From positions 914 through 64,913 of the forward strand of contig DATESL010000025.1 of assembly GCA_035270825.1 (NCBI GenBank): a DNA stretch of 64,000 nt, in the 5' to 3' direction. The position numbers were made by a program, and so were the translations under genes. Positions 53,211 through 62,871 of this stretch are shown in pieces; position 1 is the first letter of the stretch, and each line of letters starts with the position of its first letter. Under the pieces are notes generated by a model. That model saw only the letters and a program-made list of their open reading frames with translations, was not told where the DNA came from and made no database searches. This DNA is from Candidatus Onthovivens sp. Its GTDB lineage: Bacteria; Bacillota_I; Bacilli_A; RFN20; CAG-826.

Positions 53211-55967
53211 ATGTTAAAGTTAATAAATATCGCAAAAGATTACTATGTTGATAAGAAACCTTTTCGTGCATTAAATTATATTAATTTAGAGTTTAAGCAA
53301 AATGAATTTTGTTGTATTTTAGGTCCTTCAGGTTGTGGTAAAACCACTCTTTTAAACCTGATTGGAGGGTTAGATCAATACACTAGTGGTGATTTAATTA
53401 TCAATAATAAAAGTACTAAAGAATATAAGGATAAGGACTGGGATAATTACCGTAATAAACGTATTGGTTTTGTTTTCCAAAACTATAATTTGATTCCTCA
53501 TTTAAGCATTCAACAAAATATTGAATTAGCCCTTACTTTAAGTGGTGATAAAAAAGAAGCAAGAGAAGCCAAGGCAAAAGTTGCTCTTGATCTCGTTGGG
53601 TTAGAGGGGATTTATAAAAAAAGACCAAACCAATTATCAGGTGGTCAAATGCAAAGAGTGGCTATTGCTAGAGCTTTAGTTAATAACCCAGAAATTATTT
53701 TAGCCGATGAACCAACCGGGGCCTTAGATAGTAAAACAAGCGTCCAAATTATGAACATTTTACGTAAGATTTCTGAAACAAAACTTGTTATTATGGTTAC
53801 TCATAATGCTGAAATTGCTGATAAATATGCCACCAGAGTTATTAATTTAAAAGACGGAGTTATTTTAAAAGATTTTCATACTCCCCTTGCTAAACTTCAA
53901 AAAGAAGTAGTTAAACAAAAAGATTTAATTAAAGATACGACGAAAAAACCAAAGAAAAAGAAGTCTTCAATGAACTTTTTTACTGCTTTAAATATTTCCC
54001 TAAGAAACTTAATGACTAAAAAAGGACGTACAATTATTACCTCAATTGCTAGTTCATTTGGGATTATTGGTGTGGCTTTAGTTTTAGCTCTTTCATCTGG
54101 TTTTACTGAATATATTGGTAAGATTGAATCTCAAAGTGCTTCCTCGATGCCAATTAATATTCCATCTTATTCACTCTCAATTGAAAAACCAGTTGAAGAT
54201 AATAAAAACCCTGAATTCCCTAGCGATGATCTTCTTCGTCCTTATGAATCAGCTATGGGCAAACCAACATATAAATATAATTCCTTTTCTCAAAAATATG
54301 TTGATTACCTTGAACATTTAAAAACTGATAAGAATTTAATTAATGAGTATTTAACAACTTATCAATCAAACTATTCGCTTAATTTAACAACTCTTTTTCC
54401 TGATGAAACAGTAAAAGTGGTTAATAATATTGATGCTTTATCAATGAATATTGGGGGAGCAATTAATTCTTTAACAGGTTTACCAACTAATACTTTTCAT
54501 GTTTTATTTGGTGATGAGAACACTCTTGAAGATTCATATGATACAATTTATGGAACTTTTCCTAAAAAAGAAAATATTCATGAAGTCGCTCTTTTAGTTA
54601 ATAACTCTAATGAGATTCCTCTAGCTAGTTTAAAGGCTTTAGGAATTTATAGTGATACAACAACAATTGAAGAAGCAGCTAAAAACCCAATTTCTTTTGA
54701 AGATATTGTTAATAAGAAATATAAGGTCTTCACAAACGATGATATTATTACAACTAGTGTTGTAAATTCTCTTGTTGATCCTACCGGTAATAAAAGAGAT
54801 ATCTATGCCTCTTATTATAATGGTTTAACTGATAAATTTAATAACCAAGATAATGTCGGGATTGAATTAAAAATTACTGGGGTTTTAAGACCAACAGAAG
54901 GAAGTTATTTTGCTTCAATGGCTCCAGGAATTGGTTATCAAAAAGGGTTAGAAGAAAAACTATATAATGCCAATATAAACTCAGAGATTGCCACTAAAAC
55001 TAAAAATAACTTTATTCTCAATGGGTCAAATCCAATGAGTTTATTAGTCTTTTTTGGTGATTTAGTGACAGCCATTGGTGATCCAAATAATAATTCTTTA
55101 GATGCTTCAGTGATCAATAATGTAATTAATAAACATTTTAGTTTTTATTCTATTTTTGATGGAAGTAAAGTGAGAGATGTTAAATCTTATTTAAGAGAGA
55201 GTAATAGTGTTGGAATTGAATATGTTGATGAAAGATTAAAAGAAGAAGGAATTGAAGGATTAGAAGATTATTTAACCGATATCTTAAAATTATTTACAGA
55301 AGATAATCAAAAAGCTTATGAAATGCTTATTAGTTTCTTTGCTTATTTAAACTCCTATTCTAATATTAGTTCAATTATTATCTTTCCTAAAAACCTAACT
55401 TCTAAAAAAGAATTAATTAGTGCTTTAGATGAATTTAATAAAATTAATACTTCTGAAGAATATGATCCCCTTCATGCTCAAAATGAAAAAGAACAAGTTT
55501 TCTATGTAGATTTTGTTTCTTCATTATCAGATGGAGTAGCTAATATGATTAATGTTATTTCAATTGTTTTAGTTGTCTTTGCCTCGATTTCACTTGTTGT
55601 TAGCTGTGTGATGACAGGAATAATTACCTATGTGAGTGTTATTGAAAGAACAAAAGAGATTGGTGTTTTAAGAGCGCTAGGAGCTAGAAAAAAAGACGTT
55701 GGGCGACTATTTGAAGCAGAATGTTTTATTTTAGGATTACTTGGAGGGTTGATTGGATGTTTTGCAGCCTTCTTGATAACAATTCCTTTAAATCTTATTT
55801 TAAATTTAGTATTCTCGGAATACTTAATGGGAAATATTGCTGTTTTAAATATCTTCCATGTAATCGCTCTTGTACTTGTTTCAGTCCTTCTATCCTTTAT
55901 TAGTGGATTCTTACCAGCTAGAATGGCTGCTAAAAAAGATCCAGTAACAGCTTTAAGAACTGAATAA
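53211..55967 (+). CDS. Fused ABC transporter ATPase + FtsX/MacB-type permease with a very large extracytoplasmic domain
   Basis: The N-terminal NBD has GPSGCGKTT, LSGGQMQRVAIARAL and ILADEPTGALD. A TM helix lies near aa 270, followed by a roughly 480-aa ectodomain and a C-terminal FtsX module (ERTKEIGVLRALGARKKDV plus 3 TM helices). Confidence 0.88.
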   Translation: MLKLINIAKDYYVDKKPFRALNYINLEFKQNEFCCILGPSGCGKTTLLNLIGGLDQYTSGDLIINNKSTKEYKDKDWDNYRNKRIGFVFQNYNLIPHLSIQQNIELALTLSGDKKEAREAKAKVALDLVGLEGIYKKRPNQLSGGQMQRVAIARALVNNPEIILADEPTGALDSKTSVQIMNILRKISETKLVIMVTHNAEIADKYATRVINLKDGVILKDFHTPLAKLQKEVVKQKDLIKDTTKKPKKKKSSMNFFTALNISLRNLMTKKGRTIITSIASSFGIIGVALVLALSSGFTEYIGKIESQSASSMPINIPSYSLSIEKPVEDNKNPEFPSDDLLRPYESAMGKPTYKYNSFSQKYVDYLEHLKTDKNLINEYLTTYQSNYSLNLTTLFPDETVKVVNNIDALSMNIGGAINSLTGLPTNTFHVLFGDENTLEDSYDTIYGTFPKKENIHEVALLVNNSNEIPLASLKALGIYSDTTTIEEAAKNPISFEDIVNKKYKVFTNDDIITTSVVNSLVDPTGNKRDIYASYYNGLTDKFNNQDNVGIELKITGVLRPTEGSYFASMAPGIGYQKGLEEKLYNANINSEIATKTKNNFILNGSNPMSLLVFFGDLVTAIGDPNNNSLDASVINNVINKHFSFYSIFDGSKVRDVKSYLRESNSVGIEYVDERLKEEGIEGLEDYLTDILKLFTEDNQKAYEMLISFFAYLNSYSNISSIIIFPKNLTSKKELISALDEFNKINTSEEYDPLHAQNEKEQVFYVDFVSSLSDGVANMINVISIVLVVFASISLVVSCVMTGIITYVSVIERTKEIGVLRALGARKKDVGRLFEAECFILGLLGGLIGCFAAFLITIPLNLILNLVFSEYLMGNIAVLNIFHVIALVLVSVLLSFISGFLPARMAAKKDPVTALRTE

Positions 55968-55992
55968 GGAAAATAATTAATAAGGAGTAATA

Positions 55993-56517
55993 ATGATTAA
56001 ACGCGAAGAACAAATTAAAAATACTTTGATTGAGTTACTATCAACTACTCATATTGACGAAGTAAATGTCAATGAAATTTGTAGTCTTTTAAATATTAAA
56101 AGACAAACTTTTTACTATCATTATTCAAATATTTTTGATGTTTTAATGTCAATTTTTCAAGATATAAGTTTTGAATTTAAAGAAGATGAAAGTCTTGAAA
56201 GTTTCATTAAACGTCTATTAGATTTGCTCTTTTTAAATGTTGATTTTAATAAGGAAATTGCTAAATCTAACTCTAAAGAGATTATTTTAACCTTGTATGA
56301 GGGGTTCTATTATCGTTATTTTTTAGGGTATTTAAAGAAATATCAACTAACTTTAGATGAAGTTAAGGATTTAGCTAAGTATTATTCTTCAAGCCTAAAT
56401 AGCCAAACCTTTTATTTATTTACCAATGATAATTATTCAAAAGAAGATATCATTCATAAGTTAACAAAACTCTTAAATCAAGAAGATATCGATATTTTAG
56501 TTAAAAGATTGAGATAA
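55993..56517 (+). CDS. TetR-family (DhaS-like) transcriptional regulator
   Basis: N-terminal HTH IDEVNVNEICSLLNIKRQTFYYHYSNIFDVL; 174 aa. Confidence 0.75.
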   Translation: MIKREEQIKNTLIELLSTTHIDEVNVNEICSLLNIKRQTFYYHYSNIFDVLMSIFQDISFEFKEDESLESFIKRLLDLLFLNVDFNKEIAKSNSKEIILTLYEGFYYRYFLGYLKKYQLTLDEVKDLAKYYSSSLNSQTFYLFTNDNYSKEDIIHKLTKLLNQEDIDILVKRLR

Positions 56518-56558
56518 ATATTGTATAATATAATGACTTTTAAAAAGGAGTAATTAAA

Positions 56559-57719
56559 ATGAGAAAAGAAGATGGAATTAGTTTAATCGTCTACATAGCA
56601 ATGGTTGTTGTTGTTCTATGTGTTGGTTTTTTTGTTATCGCTCCTAATGGAGCAATTATTTCTCAAAGTTTTGGCAGCGATTCTGTAATATTAGTTATTA
56701 TTGGAATTGTTGTAGGAGTAATTTTTAATGTTATTATCCTTGAACTTGGACATGTAATCGGGGCCAAGATTGGTGGATATCATATTGTCAGTGTTAATAT
56801 ACTTGGCTTTGCCTTTTTTAAAAAAGTTCACGATGGCAAAGTTAGTAAGAAGTTTAAATTCCCTAAACCTTTCAATGGTTTAACTGGTCAAACAATTATT
56901 AAACCAAAAAGTTTAAAAAGTAATTTTAAACCAATTGCTTTTATTCCTTTAATGTTTGTTTTACTTGAAGTTGTAGCTGTTGCTCTTTTATTCTTTTTTG
57001 TTCCAGATAAAATTAGTGGATTAATTAATCCTGCTAAGGGTTTAGTTGTTTTAAAATATTTAGTTTTAATTGTTACTGTTATTGGTTTAATTATTTCCTT
57101 ATATAATCTTGTTCCTTTTAGACTTGATAGTTTAAATGATGGTTATCAATTAGCTATTATTAGTAAAAAAGAAAATATTGGACCTCATAATGAAATGCTT
57201 CGTATTAAAGCAGATACTTTTTTAGGAGTTGATTATCGTCCAGTTCATGAATTTGATGAACTAACAGACTACACCCTAAAGGTTTCTAACTTACATATGT
57301 CTATTTTATATTTAGAAGGCGAAATTGATGAAACTGCCAAGATTTTAAAAAAATATTATGCTAAAGATCTTAAAATTTCTAATAGTACCAAAGATTTTCG
57401 TGATATTGTAAATCTTCTTTTATCTTTAACGAAAAGAACTTTAAATGATGCAGTTAAACTTTATGAAAACTTAACTCCTAGTGCTAAAAAAGAATTAAAA
57501 GCTCAAAAAACTGCTTTAACTCTTGGCACATACCTCCTTTACGTTGTCTTAATTGAAAAAAGTGAATCTGAATTAATTGCTAATAAACAAAGAGCTGATA
57601 AATTTTTTAAAGAATTTAGTGAAGAGTTAAACATCAAAGAAGATAAGGCAGTTTATGAAATTATCTATAATGAAGTTTGTGACTTATATCCAAATCTTGA
57701 GAAGGATTTACATAAATAA
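56559..57719 (+). CDS. M50 (site-2 protease)-like membrane protein with a variant LExxH motif and a helical cytoplasmic C-domain
   Basis: Four to five TM helices. ILELGHVIGAKIGG sits where M50 enzymes have HExxH, and YNLVPFRLDSLNDG resembles the NxxPxxxLDG motif. The roughly 190-aa C-terminal soluble region is helical. Confidence 0.6.
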   Translation: MRKEDGISLIVYIAMVVVVLCVGFFVIAPNGAIISQSFGSDSVILVIIGIVVGVIFNVIILELGHVIGAKIGGYHIVSVNILGFAFFKKVHDGKVSKKFKFPKPFNGLTGQTIIKPKSLKSNFKPIAFIPLMFVLLEVVAVALLFFFVPDKISGLINPAKGLVVLKYLVLIVTVIGLIISLYNLVPFRLDSLNDGYQLAIISKKENIGPHNEMLRIKADTFLGVDYRPVHEFDELTDYTLKVSNLHMSILYLEGEIDETAKILKKYYAKDLKISNSTKDFRDIVNLLLSLTKRTLNDAVKLYENLTPSAKKELKAQKTALTLGTYLLYVVLIEKSESELIANKQRADKFFKEFSEELNIKEDKAVYEIIYNEVCDLYPNLEKDLHK

Positions 57720-57733
57720 TATAAAGGAGACAT

Positions 57734-58594
57734 ATGAACAAAATTATTATTATCGCAGATTCAACCTGCGACTTGCCTTTAACTATGCGTGAGGAAAGAG
57801 GAATTGAATCAATTCCCTTGCATGTAACATTTAAAGGAATTGAAAAAGACTATAAAGATGGAGTTGATATTGATGTGGAAGGTGTTTATCAAAACGTTGA
57901 AAAAACTGGTAATACTCCAATTACAGGAGCCGTCAATGCTAGTGAATTTATAGATCTTTTTAGAAAACATATTGATAATGGCGATAGCGTTATTTATATT
58001 TCAATTGGGAGTGGGCTATCTTGCACTTATAACAATGCATATAATGCTTCCTTTGAATTTCCAGAAGGACGTGTTGAAGTAATTGATGGTGAAAACTTAT
58101 CAGTAGGAACTGGTCTATTAATTTTAAAAGCCTGTGATTATCGTGATGAGGGTTTAGGAATTGAAGAGATTGCTGAGCGTATTAGAAAACATGTTCCATT
58201 ACTTTCTACTAAGTTTTGTATTGACCGTTTAGATTATTTAGCTAAAGGCGGAAGATGTAGCGGAATGACTAAATCACTTGCTCATATGCTTCATATCCAC
58301 CCAATTGCTAAAATGATAAATAATAAATTAACTGTTTATAAAAAACCACGTGGTCTTTATAAAAAAGCAATTGATGAACAAGTAAAAGAGTTAGTTAAAG
58401 ATTTAAAAAATATTGATACTACTAGAGTGATGATCGTTAATAGCGGTCATATGGATGGAGAAGATATTTACTGTAAAGAAGAAGTCAAAAAATATATTAA
58501 TGAAGAAAACATTATTGAAGCCAAAGCAGGATGCGTCATTACTTCTCATTGTGGTCCTAAGACCATTGGAATTATTTACCTTTTAAAGAAATAA
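57734..58594 (+). CDS. DegV-family fatty-acid-binding protein
   Basis: IIIIADSTCDLP N-terminus; 286 aa with typical DegV/EDD-fold length and motifs (ISIGSGLSCTYN). Confidence 0.9.
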   Translation: MNKIIIIADSTCDLPLTMREERGIESIPLHVTFKGIEKDYKDGVDIDVEGVYQNVEKTGNTPITGAVNASEFIDLFRKHIDNGDSVIYISIGSGLSCTYNNAYNASFEFPEGRVEVIDGENLSVGTGLLILKACDYRDEGLGIEEIAERIRKHVPLLSTKFCIDRLDYLAKGGRCSGMTKSLAHMLHIHPIAKMINNKLTVYKKPRGLYKKAIDEQVKELVKDLKNIDTTRVMIVNSGHMDGEDIYCKEEVKKYINEENIIEAKAGCVITSHCGPKTIGIIYLLKK

Positions 58595-58607
58595 ATAAAC
58601 AAAGCAA

Positions 58608-58636
58608 AGAAAAACCCCTCAAACAAGGGGTTTTTA
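58608..58636. terminator. Bidirectional terminator between degV and the convergent pmbA
   Basis: AAAAACCCCT-caaaca-AGGGGTTTTT. Confidence 0.85.
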
Positions 58637-58661
58637 AATACTAATTTATAAATGTTAAGTT

Positions 58662-59978
58662 CTATGAACTAACTTTTATGTGTTTAAAGGCAATTGAGGG
58701 AGTAGTTGTGGAATCAAGTAATAATTCAGAGTTATTACCAATAGCGATAATATCATTAAATAAAGTATAGAGATTTCCAGCAACAGTAATTAATGGTAAT
58801 GGATCTGATTTTTTACCATCAACAACACTAAATCCTTCAGCTTGAAGAGAGAAATCTCCAGATTGAGAATCAAGTCCAGCATGTAATCCGCTTAAGGAGG
58901 TAATATAAACGCCATCGCCAATTTTAGCAAATAAATCTTCTAGGGATGATTTACCTGGTTTAACGACAATGCTACCAAAACCAATTCCTATTTTTGAACC
59001 CATTTTACGTGCGTTTCCTGTTGTTTCAACATTATCTTTTGCAGCTGTTTCAAGATTATAGAAATAAGTTTTAATAACTCCTTTTTCAATAACTTTCTTA
59101 TCAACAATTGCAACTCCTTCATCATCAAAATATTGGAAGAAGCAGTTTTTGTTTAAGCGTTTTTCAGCCACGGATAATTTTTTACTAAAGACTTGAGTCT
59201 CAAGTTTTTTCTCAAGAAGAGAAGAGTGTTTTTGAATTTCTTCACTGCTTAAGTTAGAAAGTAAAGCATTTAATAAAGAAGAGACGCTGTCTTGATTTAA
59301 GACTGCTTTATATACTTTATTTTTAATTGGTTTACTATCTAAAAGAGCAATAGCTCCATCAACAATTTTCTTAGAGAACTCATCAACATTAAATTTAGTT
59401 GGATCACTATTAAGGAAGAGTTTGTAGAAACTTTTAATTTCTTCACCTTGTTTTACAACAACACTTCCATAGAAGTAGAAGTAATTAGATTTAGATTTTA
59501 GATTTAAACCATAACTATTAGCTAGAATTTCTTCACTAGCTGATTCATTATAAGAAACTTCAACTTCAGATACTCGAGAATCTAAGGATTTTAATTTATC
59601 TTCAATTTGATGAAGAGTCTTAATTTTATCTTCAACAGACCATTCTTCAATTGCTTTTGAGAAGACATTTTTCTTATAGTATTTTTTACTTCCTTTAAAA
59701 ATAATTGGTTTCTCAGCTTTTTCAATTAAAGTTGAGTTTACTTTAATAGCTTCAATTACTTTAGGAATTGTTAACTTATTATCTTCCTCAGTCGTATAAG
59801 AACCAAGTTTACCATTATAAATTCCACGAGCACTAGTTTTAAAAGTACTAGAAATAGAATAATTATCTAATTCACCATGAAATAAAGAAAAGGCTAAAGA
59901 TTTTGATTTTGAAGTTGTGATTTCACAAACTTCAATTCCTTCTTTTTTTGCGGCTGCAAATAATTTATTAAAATTCAT
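58662..59978 (-). CDS. pmbA: PmbA/TldE-family metalloprotease subunit
   Basis: TldD/PmbA-fold C-terminus (DGVYITSLSGLHAGLDSQSGDFSLQAEGF). The true start is MNFNKLFAAAKKEG at 59978, behind a GAGGAGGA SD and overlapping the tldD end by 11 nt. The ORF-track extension to 60086 is spurious. Confidence 0.88.
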   Translation of the reverse strand: MNFNKLFAAAKKEGIEVCEITTSKSKSLAFSLFHGELDNYSISSTFKTSARGIYNGKLGSYTTEEDNKLTIPKVIEAIKVNSTLIEKAEKPIIFKGSKKYYKKNVFSKAIEEWSVEDKIKTLHQIEDKLKSLDSRVSEVEVSYNESASEEILANSYGLNLKSKSNYFYFYGSVVVKQGEEIKSFYKLFLNSDPTKFNVDEFSKKIVDGAIALLDSKPIKNKVYKAVLNQDSVSSLLNALLSNLSSEEIQKHSSLLEKKLETQVFSKKLSVAEKRLNKNCFFQYFDDEGVAIVDKKVIEKGVIKTYFYNLETAAKDNVETTGNARKMGSKIGIGFGSIVVKPGKSSLEDLFAKIGDGVYITSLSGLHAGLDSQSGDFSLQAEGFSVVDGKKSDPLPLITVAGNLYTLFNDIIAIGNNSELLLDSTTTPSIAFKHIKVSS

Positions 59979-61374
59979 CGATTGATCCTCCTCTACCACC
60001 AACAACAATCTCATCAACACGAATTGTTGGTTGGCCAACATTAACTGGAATTGATCCTGAAGAAGAACCACACATTCCAACACCAAAGTCTAAGTCATTT
60101 CCAACCATATCAATATGCATTAAGATATCACGAGCGTTACCAACTAAAGCTGCTCCTCTAATTGGTTCAGTGATTTTACCATCTTTAATAATATAGGCTT
60201 CACTACAACCAAAGTTAAAATCACCAGTACTTGGGTTAACACTACCTCCACCAAAAGATACGGCATAAATTCCTAATTTAGTAGCTTTAATAATTTCTTC
60301 TGGAGTTGATTTACCAGCAGCAATATATGTATTAGACATTCTTGATGTTGGTTCATATTTATAGGATTGACGGCGGCAAGCACCGTTTCCAACTTCATTC
60401 ATACGACGACCATTGAAGTTATCAATTAAATAACCAGTTAACTTACCATTTTTAATAAGTTGATTTTTACGTGGTTTATTTCCTTCATCATCAATGTTAA
60501 TTGAACCCCATTCATTAAATAAAGTTCCATCATCATAAGCACTAACAATTTTACTAGCAATAAAGTCATCTTTTTTACCAGAGAAGACACTTAAACCTTT
60601 TGCAACACTTGTTGCTTCAAGTTGATGTCCACAAGCTTCATGGAAAATAACTCCTCCCCAACCATTACCAATAACAACTGGGAATTTACCACTTGGACAT
60701 TCTTTAGCTTCAAGCATTAAGATAAGTTTACGAGCATTTTCTTTAGCAACTTCTTCTAAATTAATCGTTTTTGTAAAGTATTCCCAACCAGCTTGAGTGC
60801 CTGGACCATCAAAGCGGGTTTCCATTTTGCCAGCATCAGCAGCAACTGAAATTAAACCAATACGAGCATATTCACGATAGTTTTTAATATGATTCCCTTT
60901 ACTATTAAAGATTTCAATATCAGAAGCAGTATGTGAGAAAACATTTTGAACTCTCACAATTCTTTTATCATGACTAAAAATGACATCACTGGCCTTCTTT
61001 AATAAAGCAATAATTTCATTTTTTGGAACACTTGCAATAGGGATTTCTCTTTTGCAGTTTTCTTTAACACGAATCTTTTTAAACTTTAAAACCGGTTCAA
61101 TAATGCGTTCACTATTAAATGATTTAGATAAATCTTCAGTTAATGAAAGTAAATTCTTTTTGGATAAATCATTGGTATATCCATAAACACTTTTTAAATC
61201 TTTTAAGATTCTAATGCCAACGCCATTAGTTGTTGAAGCACCAACTCCTTCAACAACTTTGTTATCAATAGAGATTGAAGAAACACTTGTATCTTCAACA
61301 TATACTTCAACAAAGTCAGCACCAGTATCTAAGCCAACATTAATAATGTTAAGGGCTAATTTTTTACTGATCAT
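59968..61374 (-). CDS. tldD: TldD-family metalloprotease
   Basis: 468 aa with the HExxxH zinc site (FHEACGHQLE) and C-terminal GMCGSSSGSIPV. Confidence 0.9.
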   Translation of the reverse strand: MISKKLALNIINVGLDTGADFVEVYVEDTSVSSISIDNKVVEGVGASTTNGVGIRILKDLKSVYGYTNDLSKKNLLSLTEDLSKSFNSERIIEPVLKFKKIRVKENCKREIPIASVPKNEIIALLKKASDVIFSHDKRIVRVQNVFSHTASDIEIFNSKGNHIKNYREYARIGLISVAADAGKMETRFDGPGTQAGWEYFTKTINLEEVAKENARKLILMLEAKECPSGKFPVVIGNGWGGVIFHEACGHQLEATSVAKGLSVFSGKKDDFIASKIVSAYDDGTLFNEWGSINIDDEGNKPRKNQLIKNGKLTGYLIDNFNGRRMNEVGNGACRRQSYKYEPTSRMSNTYIAAGKSTPEEIIKATKLGIYAVSFGGGSVNPSTGDFNFGCSEAYIIKDGKITEPIRGAALVGNARDILMHIDMVGNDLDFGVGMCGSSSGSIPVNVGQPTIRVDEIVVGGRGGSIDEF

Positions 61375-61549
61375 ATAATATAATCTCCTTTTTATATAAC
61401 TAATTATGAGACCTCAAAGTTTTTTGTAAAGTATTATAATTGCAACTTTTCTTTACATTTGCTTAATTTAGGTTAACTTTTCTTTAAAATATATTAAAAT
61501 CAGGACTTTTTGACTAAAAATATTGTTTCAAAATAAGTATCAATATTAC

Positions 61550-61578
61550 TTGAAACTTTTTCTAATTTAGAGTAATAT
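61550..61578 (+). promoter_or_regulatory. rpmE promoter
   Basis: -35 TTGAAA (61550-61555), a 17-nt spacer, and -10 TAATAT (61573-61578). Confidence 0.55.
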
Positions 61579-61632
61579 CTTTGTACATGCTTTCTTTAAC
61601 ATAAATTCATGTTAAGGCGGAAGGAGTAAAAA

Positions 61633-61839
61633 ATGAGAAAAGATATTCATCCAAAGTACCAAAAATGCACAGTTACCTGCGTATCATGTGGTACCACATT
61701 TGAAACAGAATCAACTTTAAAAGAAATTAGAGTCGATACATGTTCAAACTGCCATCCATTCTATACTGGGAAACAAAGATTTACCCAAACTGATGGACGT
61801 GTTGATCGTTTCAATAAAAAATACGGAATTAAGAAATAG
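61633..61839 (+). CDS. rpmE: 50S ribosomal protein L31 (zinc-ribbon type)
   Basis: MRKDIHPKY, and the two CxxC pairs CVSCG and [12 protein letters not shown]. Confidence 0.95.
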   Translation: MRKDIHPKYQKCTVTCVSCGTTFETESTLKEIRVDTCSNCHPFYTGKQRFTQTDGRVDRFNKKYGIKK

Positions 61840-61846
61840 TAAATTA

Positions 61847-61875
61847 AAAGTTCACCGCTTGGTGAACTTTTTTTA
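61847..61875 (+). terminator. rpmE terminator
   Basis: AAAGTTCACC-gctt-GGTGAACTTT followed by TTTT. Confidence 0.85.
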
Positions 61876-62868
61876 TTTCTTTAATAATGAATTATATATA
61901 TCAATTACTTGTTTTGTTGTATCTTTTGATTTTCTTTTTAAAGCAACTTGATAACCCTCTTCAATCATCTGAGTATTATCAGTTGTTAGGACTAGACGAA
62001 TCTTATCAATAAAGTCTTCGTTTGTTTTGCCCTTATAACAGTTAAGACCATCACTTAACCAATCAGCATAAACTCCAATATCACGGATAATTAGGGGAGT
62101 TTTAGTCGCTAAAGCTTCTAAAACAACTATTCCTTCAGTTTCTTCAAGGGATGGGAAGAAGAAGACTTTAGAAAAATATAACCCACCCTTAATAATTGAG
62201 GAATCAACAAATCCAGGAAGGATAACATTACTTGGTCTAGTGCGAATAGCGTGATTTACATTATGAGTTCTTAAAATAAAATTTAAATCTCCACACCACA
62301 CAAACTTATATTGAGGTAAAGCACGTGCAACTTTTATAAAATCAATAATTCCTTTTCTTTCAAAAGGAAAACCAATTGAGAGAATAACAATATCACCATC
62401 TTTAACGCCAACTAACTTTTTAAATCCTTCGATATCAGCATTTTCTTTTTTATAATTATCAAGATTAATTCCATTACTAATTGGAATAATTTTAGCACTC
62501 ACACCCTTAATTTTTGCTATTAAGTTTTTACTATATTCAGTAGGAGTAATAATGATATCAGCTTGACGATAAAAACGAATAAAAGTATTGGTCATAATTG
62601 GTAAAATAACTTTCCATAAGCGAAAAGAATGAGAAGTATCTTCAATTGTCGAATGACCATGAACCACAATTGGTAAACCCATCTTCTTGGCTTTTTTAAA
62701 GATTTTATAGGACTTACCAAAATAATAATTAATATGAACTAAGTCTGCTTCCTTTAAATTAGTTGCAATCTCAATACCATTTAACTCCAAATTTTTCTCT
62801 TGTTGAGCAATTGCTCGACCAATACCACTATTTTTAACAGCATCAGCTTTTGGTAATAAAACTTTCAT
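61873..62868 (-). CDS. GT4-family glycosyltransferase (glycolipid synthase-like, CpoA/DGS-like size)
   Basis: 331 aa. N-terminal NSGIGRAIAQQ and the C-terminal EX7E block FFPSLEETEGIVVLEALATKTPLI. Confidence 0.8.
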   Translation of the reverse strand: MKVLLPKADAVKNSGIGRAIAQQEKNLELNGIEIATNLKEADLVHINYYFGKSYKIFKKAKKMGLPIVVHGHSTIEDTSHSFRLWKVILPIMTNTFIRFYRQADIIITPTEYSKNLIAKIKGVSAKIIPISNGINLDNYKKENADIEGFKKLVGVKDGDIVILSIGFPFERKGIIDFIKVARALPQYKFVWCGDLNFILRTHNVNHAIRTRPSNVILPGFVDSSIIKGGLYFSKVFFFPSLEETEGIVVLEALATKTPLIIRDIGVYADWLSDGLNCYKGKTNEDFIDKIRLVLTTDNTQMIEEGYQVALKRKSKDTTKQVIDIYNSLLKK

Positions 62869-62871
62869 TTT

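Noticed and set aside
59979-60086. N-terminal 36-codon extension of the pmbA ORF overlapping tldD
   Set aside because: The extension reads through the tldD 3' end in another frame and has no homology-like sequence. A strong SD precedes Met37 (59978), where the PmbA-like sequence begins.
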